64,000 bases of DNA from Antechinus flavipes (GCF_016432865.1 NC_067398.1:679706001-679770000), one strand, 5' to 3'; positions 40,710 through 53,935 are shown, counted from the stretch's first letter. A program made the numbers and translations. Notes: a model not told the origin generated them from the sequence alone.

Positions 40710-41080
40710 GTTTTTTTTTTTGCATGAAAGGATTAGTTGGAAAAATTTAGTCTACAGAAAAGAAGGACTGAGGGAAATCAAGGGAGATGTTTGATAGCTT
40801 TCTTCAAGCATTTGAAGTGCTGTCTTGTGGAGGAACAATTAGACTGGATATGTTTAGCCCTAGAAGGCAGAATCAAAAGCAATGGAAGGAAGGTGGAAGG
40901 AATCATATTTCAACTCAGTGTAAAAATAAGAATAATAATAATCTAAATTATTTAGTATAAATAATTTATATTTATACTAAATCTAAAAGTATAATAGAAT
41001 CAAAGCCTAAATGTAAAAATATAAGGACTACCTTGGGAGGCAAGCACAGGCTTTTTTTCCCTAAGAAGTTATCTCTCTGG
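40710..41080 (+). mobile_element. L3/CR1 3' fragment
   Basis: ttcaagcatttgaagtgctgtcttgtggagg...gaaggcagaatcaaaagcaatgga. Confidence 0.7.
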
Positions 41081-41268
41081 GCCAGAAGGATCTCTGACAT
41101 CTTGCAGATGTTGGAGAGGAGATGCTGGTCAGGTGTGAGTGGGACTTTATAGCCTCTGAGGTCTTTCTCTTTCAGCTCTGAAATTCTGAGAGTGGAGAAG
41201 GCTGGGCCAGCATGGGGGCTGGGTATTCGAGTAACTAGGTAAGAGGGAAAAAAAGGAGCTAAGGGTAG

Positions 41269-41811
<543 letters not shown>

Positions 41812-42002
41812 TGATCGGGAGGGTCCAGGTAGAGTGGAAGATTGGGTGCCCCTGAGGAAGTTAGCTCTCAGTGCTTCAGTCTTTTTATCCTCTTTTCCTT
41901 GCACTATTTACCTCACAGGGTTCCTTTGTGAACCTTAAAGCCCTGGAGAAATGAAGGCTGTTATTCTTCCTCATGGGACACCCTGACCCTATCCCTCCCC
42001 AG

Positions 42003-42163
42003 GGTGATGCCCTTGAGCAGGCCATTATCAGCCAGGCCCCCCAGGTAGAGAAGCTCATTGCCACCACAGCCCATGAGAGGATGCCCTGGTACCACAGCTC
42101 CATCTCCAGAGAGGAAGCAGAGCGTAAACTCTACTCAGGCTCCCAGCATGATGGCAAGTTTTT
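42003..42163 (+). CDS. ZAP70: ZAP70 coding exon 2/12
   Basis: [31 protein letters not shown]...DGKF. ccccAG acceptor, GTAAGT donor; 161 nt. Confidence 0.98.
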
Positions 42164-42196
42164 GTAAGTGGGGCAGGGGGTGGCAGTGTGTGTACG

Positions 42197-42198
<2 letters not shown>

Positions 42199-42228
<30 letters not shown>
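42199..42228. repeat. (TG)n microsatellite just after coding exon 2
   Basis: ~15 TG units, ~35 nt from the donor. Confidence 0.95.
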
Positions 42229-42233
<5 letters not shown>

Positions 42234-43849
42234 GTTGCTAATAGGTGACACACATTAGTGTTTTCATAATATGGTCTGTTTAAGTACACACTCAACTGAA
42301 ACTGAAACCACATTAAAAAACCTGGTTGGCTTTCTGGCTTGAATGTGAAAAGAATTCTGGTGTCCTGGACACTATTGAGCACATATTTTGGAAGTTAAAA
42401 CTGAGATGTATCTATAACTGTCAATCAATAAGCATTTATTAATCACCTATGTAGTAAATGCTATGTGGTAAATGCTAAAGGTACTATTGGATGCCCATTT
42501 TAAGCCACAAAGTTCAGAATGAAGCTCCCATCTTTAAGGCTGTCTGAAAGGATTCCTCTTCTTTTCTTTAAGGGAGAATTGAAAAGTTATTATTTAATTG
42601 ATTAAAAATGTTGGATGATGTTTATGCTTATTAAAAGTGTTTAAAAATAGCTCTACATTAAGCCTTTGCCACAGGCTTATCTCAGGGTTTTCCATGGGAA
42701 GAAAAGGTACCAGCCTTTTTTGCTTCATTGCTCCTCCATTCCTGACCCCTTAGTAGTAATTAGCAAAAACTTCAGTAGAATCAAAACCTTTGATATAGCT
42801 TTCAGTAACAATCCTAAACTTTATGTTAAAGTCCTTTTATACAACCAATTCAACACTAGAGGGACCTTACTTGTACCAATTGTGGCAAAAATTTTGTTAC
42901 AATTTTACTTTAAAATATCATTTTTCATATTAAAAACTGCACAGCAACAATTGACCTGGCTTGGTCCTTTAGGACGTTCTTAAATTCTAGTCCTTCTGGC
43001 AAGGTTGTATGTTTTGAAGGGAGCTATTTACATATGATCCTTGTGTGTGGTTAGTGACCATGAGATAGTCAGGTGTGATTGACTGTTTGTGAATGTGTTT
43101 GTATGTATTTATTTGGGAGAATGTGTTTGTGACTACTTGTGATCAGGAGCGAATAGCTTTCTTGGATAGAATGTGTAAGTACCAATTGGCCCATGAGCAC
43201 ATTTGGATGTTTGCTTCTACTGAGAGAAGGGGAAACATATTGACCTATGTTTATTTGCCTGGGAGTATTATTTTCCTGTGGCAGGATTTGCCTGTGAGTG
43301 AGATACTCTGGAGACTGGAAGTCGTACCGAAATAAGAAGAATAGGGTTCAAATCCTGACTGATGCTTATTTCCTATGTATCTTTGGCAAGCTACCTTATC
43401 TTTCTGGTGCTCAGTTTCTCCCTCAGCAAAATGGAGAAAATGACCTCAGTGTGGCCCCTATGTGCAATCCTTTGATTCTCTGAGAGAATGGAGGTGAAGC
43501 TGTCAGGCTTCCCATCCTCTCCCCCTGCCTGCTTCCATCAGGACTCAGTAGGTTGGGTGGATTGCTCACAGTCCCACAGAGGCACTAGATACTCACTGGC
43601 CACAGCTCTTTTTACCTCCTCCAGGGAGAAATACCAAATTTTCACTTGGTTAATTTTTCTTTCTGTGTGAAATTGGGCAAACAGCCTTGCTGAGCCTCAG
43701 TTTTCCTCAATTATAAAATGGTGGTGGGGATGACCTCTGGGAAACCTTCCTGCCCTACATCGTCGATCCTGGCACAGGCAGGGCATGTTGTGCTTTGGGC
43801 ACCAGTGACCCTGAGACTTCTCATTTTCCTTTTCCACCCCTCACTTTAG

Positions 43850-43988
43850 GCTCAGGCCCAGGAAGGAGCAAGGCAGCTATGCTTTATCCCTCATCTATGG
43901 CAAGACTGTCTATCACTACCTCATTAACCAGGACAAGTCTGGCAAGTACTGTATTCCTGAGGGCACAAAATTTGACACCTTATGGCAG
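43850..43988 (+). CDS. ZAP70: ZAP70 coding exon 3/12 (C-SH2)
   Basis: [46 protein letters not shown]. tttAG acceptor, GTGAGT donor; 139 nt. Confidence 0.98.
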
Positions 43989-44215
43989 GTGAGTAACCCA
44001 GACTCTGTTCACATTCCACTTTTGGACCCTTCCCACCTAATCACCCAGACTCCTAACTCCCATTTCTATCCATTATTTGCTCTCCATTCATGGACTCTTC
44101 CTCCCTTTGAGACACCCTGAAAAGGGAGCCTGGTCCTGTCACCCACTACCAGGACTCCAATGGAGATATGGGCCCTTCCCTCTACTCCTTATGCCTTTCC
44201 TTCTCTTCCTGCCAG

Positions 44216-44303
44216 CTGGTGGAGTATCTGAAGCTGAAGGCAGATGGGCTTATCTACTGCCTGAAAGAGATTTGTCCTAATGCCAATGCTTCTACTGCTG
44301 CTG
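44216..44303 (+). CDS. ZAP70: ZAP70 coding exon 4/12
   Basis: LVEYLKLKADGLIYCLKEICPNANASTAA. gccAG acceptor, GTAAGG donor; 88 nt. Confidence 0.97.
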
Positions 44304-44495
44304 GTAAGGGAACATGGGGCTGGAGCTGGGATTCGAGCTAGGACTGGGATGGGAGCTCAGAACTGGGCTTAGCTGTGCGGTTAGAGTGAGAACCCATAAT
44401 GGGTTCTCAGGGCCAGATCACAGGAAACAGGACAGATCTTAGGTCTCTCCAAGGTATCTCATTGGCCCTCTGCTCCAATTCAATTGTCTTTCTAG

Positions 44496-44536
44496 TGGTT
44501 GCTGCTCCCACGCTTCCTGTCCATCCTTCTATGCCT
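44496..44536 (+). CDS. ZAP70: ZAP70 coding exon 5/12 (interdomain B)
   Basis: (V)VAAPTLPVHPSMP. tctAG acceptor, GTAAGT donor; 41 nt, phases fit both neighbours. Confidence 0.92.
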
Positions 44537-44842
44537 GTAAGTCTGGTCTCTGGGATTAGGGATGCAGGGGTTTTGTCCCTGGGAGGAATTGGGAGGGGTA
44601 TTCTAAGAATAGAAGTGGGAGCCCCAGTCTGTCTTCCCAGGACCCTGTTCCTAAGCTGACTAGGGCCTGGGTCCTGTAGTAAGACATAGATGGAGTTGGG
44701 ATGGGTAGGTGGGGTGGGACTGGGGGAAGGTCATTTACAGGGATCAAGCTCCCCAGAAAGGCTGGGGGGATGTACCCCTTTCCTCATGAGGCATTAGGAA
44801 GTCACTTGTGGTTGATCGATCCCATGTACCTCTGGTCCCCAG

Positions 44843-44888
44843 AGAAGGAATGACACCCTCAACTCTGATGGATATACCCCTGAGCCAG
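44843..44888 (+). CDS. ZAP70: ZAP70 coding exon 6/12 (interdomain B, Y292-equivalent)
   Basis: RRNDTLNSDGYTPEP. ccccAG acceptor at 44841-44842, GTGAGT donor; 46 nt. The next upstream in-frame AG (44796-44797) runs into a TGA. Confidence 0.88.
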
Positions 44889-45641
44889 GTGAGTCTTGGG
44901 GCCAGAAGAATAAAGAATCCATATTGTCTGTATGCTCTTTAAAGGAGAGTTTTGGGGATCTGTCTTCTAGAAGTTGAAGGGTTGCCCTCAGGGAGAGAGG
45001 CTCCATTTGTTCCAATGGGCATGGGTTGGAGATGGAGTAGGGGAGAAAATTGCAGAATCAGGATCCATAGAAGGAAAGGTATCCTAACAATCATTCCCAA
45101 AGTGGAATAGCTTCCATGGGAGATAGTGAGTTCTTCCCTGGAGGTCTTCAAGTAGAGTCTTGTGATGGAGGTTGTGGATGGGAGTATGTGTGGAATTCCT
45201 GCTCAAGTTCAGGTTTAATTAGATCAAGGTTTCTTTCATTTTTTGGTATTCTGCACCCTGAGGCCACCTGTCTGGGGAAACCACTGGATCTCGCAGAATC
45301 ATGTTTTTAAATACATAAAAATTCCATAAAATCACCAAGGAAACTATTTCTGTTGAAATAGAATTCACGAAAATATCAATAAAAGCCAGTTTACAGAGAC
45401 CAGGCCTAGAACCTTTGGAGATCCTCCTGGTCAGGCCAGGAGGATCAGGCAGAGGTCTTAAAGTGTCCTGAGAGAGCGGTTGGGAGGCAGGACCCCTGAG
45501 TGTCCCAGTGACATTTCAAACCTTGATGCCAGACCCACACTTACCAAGGCAACATTGGGCTGGGGGTGGGGGGCGGGGAGCAATCTCCTAAGCCTCAGGT
45601 ACTGAGTAGCACTCTTCCCCTTTCCTCTCTTGCGTTGGCAG

Positions 45642-45840
45642 CTCGTCTGAGCAAGAGTCGAGGGGAGAAGTCTCGGGTCCTGCCCATGGACACCAGCGTG
45701 TATGAGAGTCCCTACAGTGACCCCGAGGAGCTCAAGGAAAAGAAACTCTTTCTGAAAAGAGAGAACCTGATTATCGATGAGGTGGAGCTGGGCTCAGGAA
45801 ATTTTGGCTGCGTCCGCAAGGGAGTCTATAAGATGAGGAA
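45642..45840 (+). CDS. ZAP70: ZAP70 coding exon 7/12 (Y315/Y319-equivalent, kinase P-loop)
   Basis: [42 protein letters not shown]...[18 protein letters not shown]. ggcAG acceptor, GTAAGA donor; 199 nt. Confidence 0.97.
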
Positions 45841-46734
45841 GTAAGAAGCGGGCAGGAGAGGAGTGTTGGGTCCTAGGGTTGTGGGCTAAGAGCCGGAGGA
45901 GTTCCAGAGGCATTCTGGTAGACCAGCCTCCCCTCGTGGGACAGACAGTATGTTAGGAAACTGAGGTCCAACTCAAATGGCTTTTCCAAGGTCACACTAT
46001 CAGTAAGTAGTAAAGTAGGATTTGAACCTAGATCCACTTAGGCCAGAGCCGGCACTCCTTAGAGGAGCCAGTACAATGTGCTTTACTTGGAGTCAGGAAG
46101 GCTCTCTTTGTAAGTACAAATTTGGCCTTGGACACATACTAGCTGTGAAACTCTGGGCAGGTCACTTAACCACTTTCTGCCTCCGTTTCCTCAACTCTAA
46201 AATGGGGATAATAATAACAGCCGCCTGATAGGGTTGTTGTGAGAATAAAATGAGATGATATTTGTGACATTTACTATCTGTAGATCACCTAATTACTCTC
46301 TGCCTCAGTTTCCTCAATTCTAAAATGGGGATAATAACAGCACCTACCTGATAGGGTTGTTGTACAGATAAAATGAGATAATATTTGTAAAGCACTTAGC
46401 ACATTGCCTGGTACGTAGCTGGTGCTTAATAAATGCTTGTTTTCTTTTCTGCCTTCCTCTCCTTCTGTTACACTATGCTGAGTGATGGAGGCTGGATAGT
46501 CTGCATCCATGATGAGTGTTTGAGAGCCAAGAGACTTGGAGTCTTGATTCACGTGACCTCATGTGATCTCTCCCCATTTTCTGGGTCTCACTTTCCCTCT
46601 ATGCATAATGACTAGGATCTATTCTATCTGAGGACCCTGGAACGGGGGGAGTTTAGATAGGAAGGATGGGAAGTCAGGGAAGTGACAGGACCAGAACAGC
46701 CTCAGCAACCTTCGCCCATGTGTGTCCTGGACAG

Positions 46735-46941
46735 GAAGCAGATTGACGTGGCCATCAAGGTGCTTAAGAGCGCCAATGAAAAGGCAGAGAAGGAAGAGAT
46801 GATGAAGGAGGCCCAGATCATGCACCAGCTGGACAACCCCTACATTGTGCGAATCATCGGTGTGTGCAAGGCTGAGGCCTTCATGCTGGTCATGGAGATG
46901 GCCATTGCGGGGCCCCTGAACAAGTTCTTGTCTGCCAAGAA
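46735..46941 (+). CDS. ZAP70: ZAP70 coding exon 8/12 (kinase N-lobe)
   Basis: [11 protein letters not shown]...[20 protein letters not shown]...[16 protein letters not shown]. gacAG acceptor, GTAAGT donor; 207 nt. Confidence 0.98.
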
Positions 46942-47259
46942 GTAAGTGGGGAGAGGGGGGCTGAGTGGATAGATGTTCGTGCATAGATGCACAGACACAC
47001 ACACTCGTGAGCATGCATACAAACACTCCCTCTCAGATGTACATTCTGCTTCCCATACTCATAATAAGTCACTCCCCTTTTTCATAGCAGAATCCTTTTC
47101 TCCCAGCTGGTCCTGAAGAGCAGCTGGGCCAAGTTTAATTGTTCCCATTTGACAGGTGGGGAACCTGAGGCCTTGAGAAGTGAAGGACTTGCCCAGGGTC
47201 ACATAGATCTTAGAAAGGATCTGAATCCAGGCATTCTATCAAGGCCAAAACATTGCCTT

Positions 47260-47710
47260 TCATACTCATGCACATATTTTTCTATGTGTATGTCTGTGTT
47301 TATATATGCATACACACATAATGCACACATGCAAATACATGTGTGTATATATGTTTACACACATATTTATGGACACACGTGTGCTCATATATGTATGTGT
47401 ACATACATGTATATGTTTATGATATATTGCATGCGCACATATACATAATACATACACAACATACATACAAATGCATATGATATATGTATATGCATGTATA
47501 CATGCATACACACACATATATGTATATATATTTCTCCCTTGAGTATAGAGGGTGTTTTGTAAATATTAGTTGAAAGAATAGGAATGAGAATGCATGTTCA
47601 CACTGATATTCGTGTACATCTACATTTGTTTGGACAGATATGCCCATGTGTACACTTGCTATGGCATATACACACATTTGCATGTGTGCACACACACTTG
47701 TGTGTATGCA
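47260..47710. repeat. Degenerate (TA/CA/TG)n alternating purine-pyrimidine tract in a ZAP70 intron
   Basis: ~450 nt of catatg/cacaca/tgtgta motifs. Confidence 0.9.
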
Positions 47711-47975
47711 CTTGCTACCTGGGGCACTCCCACTGTCCCACTTGCATTGTATACCCAACCTCCTCTTATTCACCTTTCATCTCTCCTTTATTCACCCACC
47801 TCTGGCCCGATATAGCTAATTCTCTGATTGGCCACACAGTTTTGGGGAGTGGCTCAATGATAGGTCAGACGTTATGGTTCATTGAAGAGGAGCAGAGTCC
47901 ATCATCGTCATTGTGGACAGTTTCTTATTGGACTTAGTCTTTATAGATGGCCACCATTTTTACTCCATCTCTTAA

Positions 47976-48491
<516 letters not shown>

Positions 48492-48755
48492 TGAGTTGGT
48501 GGGAGTAGGTACTAGAGGGAGATACATGGAAAAAAGCTAGAAGTGGGGGGCAAGGAAGTGCCTTATAGGAGATCCAGTGCAGAGGGCCCTCTGGGTAGGC
48601 TAGAGTATTGTGGCACACCAGTGTCCCTGATAGAATCCCAAAGAACCCCTGAGCTGGAGACGGGTTGGTAAAAGGACAAATTCAGAGGCTCAGTCCCCTA
48701 GCCCCAGAGTGGAGGAAGAAGGAAGAAGTGCATCACAGCATCCCTTGTGTCCCAG

Positions 48756-48896
48756 GCTCGCTCAGCAGGGAAGTGGCCGCTCAAATGGTACGCCCCAGAG
48801 TGCATCAACTACCGGAAATTCTCCAGCCGAAGTGATGTATGGAGCTACGGAGTCACCATGTGGGAGGCTTTTACCTATGGCCAGAAGCCCTATAAG
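48756..48896 (+). CDS. ZAP70: ZAP70 coding exon 10/12
   Basis: [47 protein letters not shown]. cccAG acceptor, GTGGGG donor; 141 nt. Confidence 0.98.
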
Positions 48897-49651
48897 GTGG
48901 GGTCAGGGCAAGAGCCTTAGAGGAAGTAGAGGGGGCAGTCAGAGAAGTTTGGGGCAATTAAAGGCCAGGGAAAATGCTCTAAGAGCATTGAATTTGCAGT
49001 TAGAGAACCTCCATTCTAGTGTAGTGTAGTGGAACTATGTGACCATGTCACTTCATCTCCCTGGGTCTCAGTTTCCTCATCCATAAAATGGGGAGGGGGT
49101 TAGACCAGTTGACTATTGAGGTCCTTTCCAACTCTAAATCTATGACCCTAAACATCTTCCCCTCTCTATACCTCAATTTACTTCTCTGTATAATGAAGGA
49201 GTTGGATTAGGTCAGGGTTTCCCCAAAAGGCAATCCCCTTTTGCCTAAGAAATTTTTATGTGCCCCTGGGTATGTAGATATGTAAAAGGTATCAAATCAA
49301 ACATTTTCTGATAATAAATTATTATTTTGCAACCCCCATATTTAGTTATGAGACTCCATATGGGGTTGTGGCCCATAGCCTTAGAAGCTGAGAATTATAT
49401 GATGCTGAATCTGTGATCCAATGGAGCAGCAGTGTTGGGATGGGGATAGTCAGGAGAAGCACAGGATAGAGACATAGGAGAATTGTGGGTTGGGGTAGAA
49501 AATAGGGATGAGGAGGACAGAGGAAATAAAGAGGGAGCTAATGGGAGTGAGAGAGGAAGAAGCAGACTCTGAACAGCTAAGATGTCTCTGTTCATCTCCA
49601 TGCAATCCCCTTTTCCTATTTCTTTTTTGGCTTCCTCTGGCCCTGGAACAG

Positions 49652-49764
49652 AAAATGAAAGGCCCCGAAGTCATCAAATTCATTGAAGAAGGGAATAGGA
49701 TGGACTGCCCTCCTGAGTGCCCACCAGACATGTACACGCTCATGAGAGACTGTTGGATATTCAA
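49652..49764 (+). CDS. ZAP70: ZAP70 coding exon 11/12
   Basis: [37 protein letters not shown]. aacAG acceptor, GTGAGT donor; 113 nt. Confidence 0.98.
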
Positions 49765-49829
49765 GTGAGTGCCCACCTAGATGCTTCTGCCCAACCTCCC
49801 ATCCTTCTCTGACCAATAAGCAGTCAACC

Positions 49830-50960
49830 AGAATTGATCAATTGCTTATTATGTGCTGGAGATCCAGAAAAAAACATTGGAAAGGTAGGAGGGAGCTTGA
49901 TTGTGAAGGACTTTTCAGAAGGATGTTATATTTGATCCTGAAGGTAATAGGGAGCTACAGGAGGATACTGAGTATGTGAGGAAAAGAAGAAGGGGTGACA
50001 TGACCCGACCTTCAATTTAGGGAAACCATTTGGGCAGTTAAGTCAAAGTTGGATTGGAGTGGATAGAAACTTGAGACAAGGAGTTGAGGGCTTGCTGCAG
50101 AGTAGTGGTTGGGAAATATAAAATATTATAAAGGAAGAAATGACAAATTGTGACAATTGATTGTGTATGTCCAGTGAGTGTGCATCAACATTTGAGAATG
50201 CCATGGGTTTTGTGAGCTTGGGTGACTGGGAAGGATGGTGGTACTCTTGAGAACAATAGGGCATCTGGGAGAGGGGAGAATTTAGGAAGAAAGATAATGG
50301 ATTTTGTTTTGGACATGTTGAGTCTCAGATGCCCAATTTGGGATTCCCAAAAGGTAGTTGATAATACAAGACTGGAACTCAGAAGAGAGGTTAGGGCTAA
50401 ATATTATCCCTCTGGGAATTTCCGGCATAGAAATGATAACTGAGTGCATGGGAGCTGATAAGGTCACCAATTTAGCTCCAAGGGTAGGAACGGAGTTTTT
50501 GCTAGGTGGCCCTGTGGATAGAGAGCTGGACATGGAATCAAGGAGACTAAAATTCAAATCTTGCCTCAGACACTTATTAGCGGTGTGATCCTATATTTAA
50601 CAGGATCTATTTTAGGTCCAGGACTTCCTCTCAGTGTTGTCTTGGGGATCAAATGAGATGATATTTATAAAGCACTTTGCAAACTTTAAAGCATTATATT
50701 CATGATAATTTTTATTAATATCATAATGGAAAGGGAGGAGAGAAGAGGTCCCAGGATGGAGCTTTAGGGAACATTAATATTAAGTGGACATGACTTGAAG
50801 GAATATCTAGCAAAGGAGACTGAGAAATAGCAATCAGATGGAGATGAAGAGATAAAGGCAATGTTATGAAAATTTGAGGGAGAAAGGATGTCCAGAAAGG
50901 TCAAGAAGCATGAGAAATTTTTGATAACCAATAGGGAGGAGAGTAATGAGGAGTAAGGCA
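49830..50960 (-). mobile_element. L2 fragment in the last ZAP70 intron
   Basis: ttttgttttggacatgttgagtctcagatgcc...; interrupted by a MIR remnant. Confidence 0.7.
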
Positions 50961-50974
50961 ACCTGTGTAGGGAG

Positions 50975-51120
50975 TAGCTAGGGGACACAGTGGATAGAGT
51001 GCCAGCCCTGGAGTCAGAAAAACCTGCTGAACTCAGATACTTAATCACTTACTAGCTGTGTGATTCTGGGTAAGTCACCTCACCCTGATTGACTGTCAAA
51101 AAAAAGGAAAAGAAAAAAAA
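50975..51120 (+). mobile_element. Short CORE-SINE in the last ZAP70 intron
   Basis: gtagctaggggacacagtggatagagtgccagccctggagtcag...A tail. Confidence 0.8.
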
Positions 51121-52696
51121 GAAAGACAGAACCTATGTCCTGGGGGTGTGAGGTTGGGTCTCTTGGGGAACCAAACATTTCTGATGGGTGAATGAATGAA
51201 TGAAAGCATTTTTATAAATTTAAAGCATTTTATAAATTAAAAAAATAAATTTATATAAATTTATAAATGAAAGCATTTATAAAGTGTTTGAGCAAAGCAA
51301 GCATCGATTTAAGTCTTAAAGCAAGCATTGAGTTAAATCATGAGGATGCCTATAGAAGAAGAAGCTTTTAAGGACATAATGTTCAGATACAAGGCAGATG
51401 AAAAGGCTCAGGGGTCTTAAGAGCGCAGCTACAGGGGTGGTGACAAAGCCTAGGAATCCTTACTGTGTATCATGGTATCTCCTCCTTGAGTGATCCATTG
51501 CCATTAGGAAGTGAGGAATGGTCCTGTGAGCCACAGAGGAGGGGAGATAGCGTTCCTTGTCTAGCCAGGATGGGGAAAGGGAAAGACGAGCTTTGGTAGG
51601 AAAGTTGGATGTCAGTTCTGGAGGATGAGGAAGGAGAAAGTAGGGCTTCACTTCTGGGAAATTCCCCTCAAGATCCCCTAGACAGGGTCTGGGAAGGTCT
51701 GCTGGCATAAGGAGGGACAAGTTTGGTTCCACTGGCTTGAGATAGAGAGAAACAAGAGCCCATTCCAACACCCAGCAACCCAACACCAAATAGCCTAACA
51801 CACTTACAACCTAAAACTCTGAAGCCTCAAAACTTGCCACCTTCATCACTACAACATCCAATATCTCATGCCATAGTAACTGACAATTTAATAATCATTA
51901 ATACTGTAACTCTCATAGCATGCTTTAAAGTTTGCAAAGCTCATTGCATAAATTATTTCACTGGATCCCAACCTTGACCCTACTCTGACATCTCTCGAAG
52001 CTGAGCTGGCAGACCAAAGCTCAGAGGCAATGTGGTCTTGTGGGAGGAGTCCTTACTCTTATGTCAAAGAATCCTAGTTCAGCTCCCTAGCTGTATCATT
52101 GGGGAAATCCCTTATAACTTCTCCATATATTTCTTTCCTCTCTTAGTTCTAGAAGTCCTTTCCAACTCTAACCTCTATAATCTAGATTCATAGGGTTCTA
52201 GGTTCTACATACATAATTCCCAGACTCTGTCATCTACTAACTCTAGGATCTCAGGCAAGTCACTTAACTCTGTAAGCCTCAGTTTCCCTATCTGTAAGAT
52301 GATGTGCATCTGTAAGATGGCTCAGGCCATTTGTGGGTACCACCAGAAATATGAGTGACTTATTTTAATGATAATGATTATGATGAAGACATCTTCATTC
52401 TTTAGAAAATGCTTTCCCCAAGGTCTTGCCAGAGGTACCTAAGGAAAGAGAAGGGTATATTGATGGTAGGGACTTAAATAATTATACACTTTCAGCATTG
52501 GAAAGAATCCTCGAAGGAGAGCAGCATCATATAGTGGAATAGGAGGCTGTATTTGGAGTCCCCAATTCTGTCCCTAGCTGTGTAACCTTGGGCAGCCAAT
52601 CTGGTTTCTTTGTCTATAAATTGAGGGGGGGAGGGAGTGGAGTTGGAATGACCCTTTGACCCCTTAATCTGTGACTCTTAAAAAATGTTCTAACAG

Positions 52697-52840
52697 AGGC
52701 AGCTAGTTGGTACAGTGGATAGAGCACCATTTCTGAAGTCAGGAGGACCCGAGTTCAAATGTGACTTCAGACATTTAACACTTCCTAGCTGTGTGACCCT
52801 GAGCAAGTCACTTAACCCCAATTGTCTCAGCAAATGAACA
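52697..52840 (+). mobile_element. Short CORE-SINE (WSINE1-like) in the last ZAP70 intron
   Basis: Near-consensus copy; aaaat[g/a]ttctaa flanks both ends. Confidence 0.9.
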
Positions 52841-53364
52841 AAATATTCTAATCCAGTCTCCATGGAGTGTGAAACCACTCTGCATTGGGAGCACCGACAA
52901 GTGGTTGTACAGTAGCTGCTACTAAATTCTGTGTCCTGGGACCCTTTGGCCCCCAATGTGATGAAGTCTGTTTATGGATCCCTGATTGGGCTGTGTTAGA
53001 TGCATAAAAACAAAATACACAGAATTTCAAAGGAAACCCGTTCTAATGGAAAACAATTCTCAACATATTAAACAAAACCGTGCCCAAGGACTCCAAGTGA
53101 AGAACTCCAGTTCCACTTAAATAGTCATTAGGATCTCCTGAGGCAGTCCATTCCAACTTTTTATTATTGGGAAGTTTTCCTTCTTTAATCCAGAAGAGGC
53201 CTCTCTGAAAGACTGTCAGTTGATTCTAATTCTTTTCTCTGGGGCCAAGATGGCTGTCGGAGGGATATGACATTTGTTTTTTGTCCCTTGCATGCAAGTC
53301 TATGGGATGGAAATGGGAAAGGGAAAAGGAACTGGTTTAATGTTCTTTTTCCTTCTGCCTACAG

Positions 53365-53488
53365 GTGGGAAGATCGTCCAGGCTTCTCAGATGTGGAACA
53401 GCGCATCAGAACGTACTATTATAGCCTGGCCAGTAAGGCAGAAGGGGTCTCAGAAGCTCCTCAAGCAGCGAATGCCACCAGTGCCTGA
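53365..53488 (+). CDS. ZAP70: ZAP70 coding exon 12/12
   Basis: [40 protein letters not shown]. tacAG acceptor, TGA at 53486-53488. Confidence 0.97.
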
Positions 53489-53935
53489 GGAATAATCTCC
53501 CTTTCTCTGGATTTTCTCAGACCTTCCCAGATCCTGGCCCTGCCCCTTGCTTCTTCTCAGAGAGGCTTGTCCCTCTGTGTCTCCTATTCCAGCAAGAACA
53601 CTTCCCCTTCCCTTCAGATGCCTGAAATTCATTGTCATTTGCATCCCCTTCCCTCACCACAGAACTGAAAACTCCAGGTTTTGGGATGAATGTTCTGCAG
53701 AAAAGCTAGGTTCCTTTCTGCACTTTTTCCCTGGATGCTCAGGGCTTGTGGGACCTTGAAGGCAGGACTGGTCCTATCTCTCTGCCTTCTTTGATGGACT
53801 TGAGCTTCAGTTCCAGATTCCTCTCTACTGGAGCTGGATGGGAGCTGGTGGGGATGGTGTGGGATGGTCTTTAGAGGGCCGTCAGACCTAAATTGAAGGT
53901 CCACGGGAAACAAGGCAGAAGCTTCATATCAGTGA

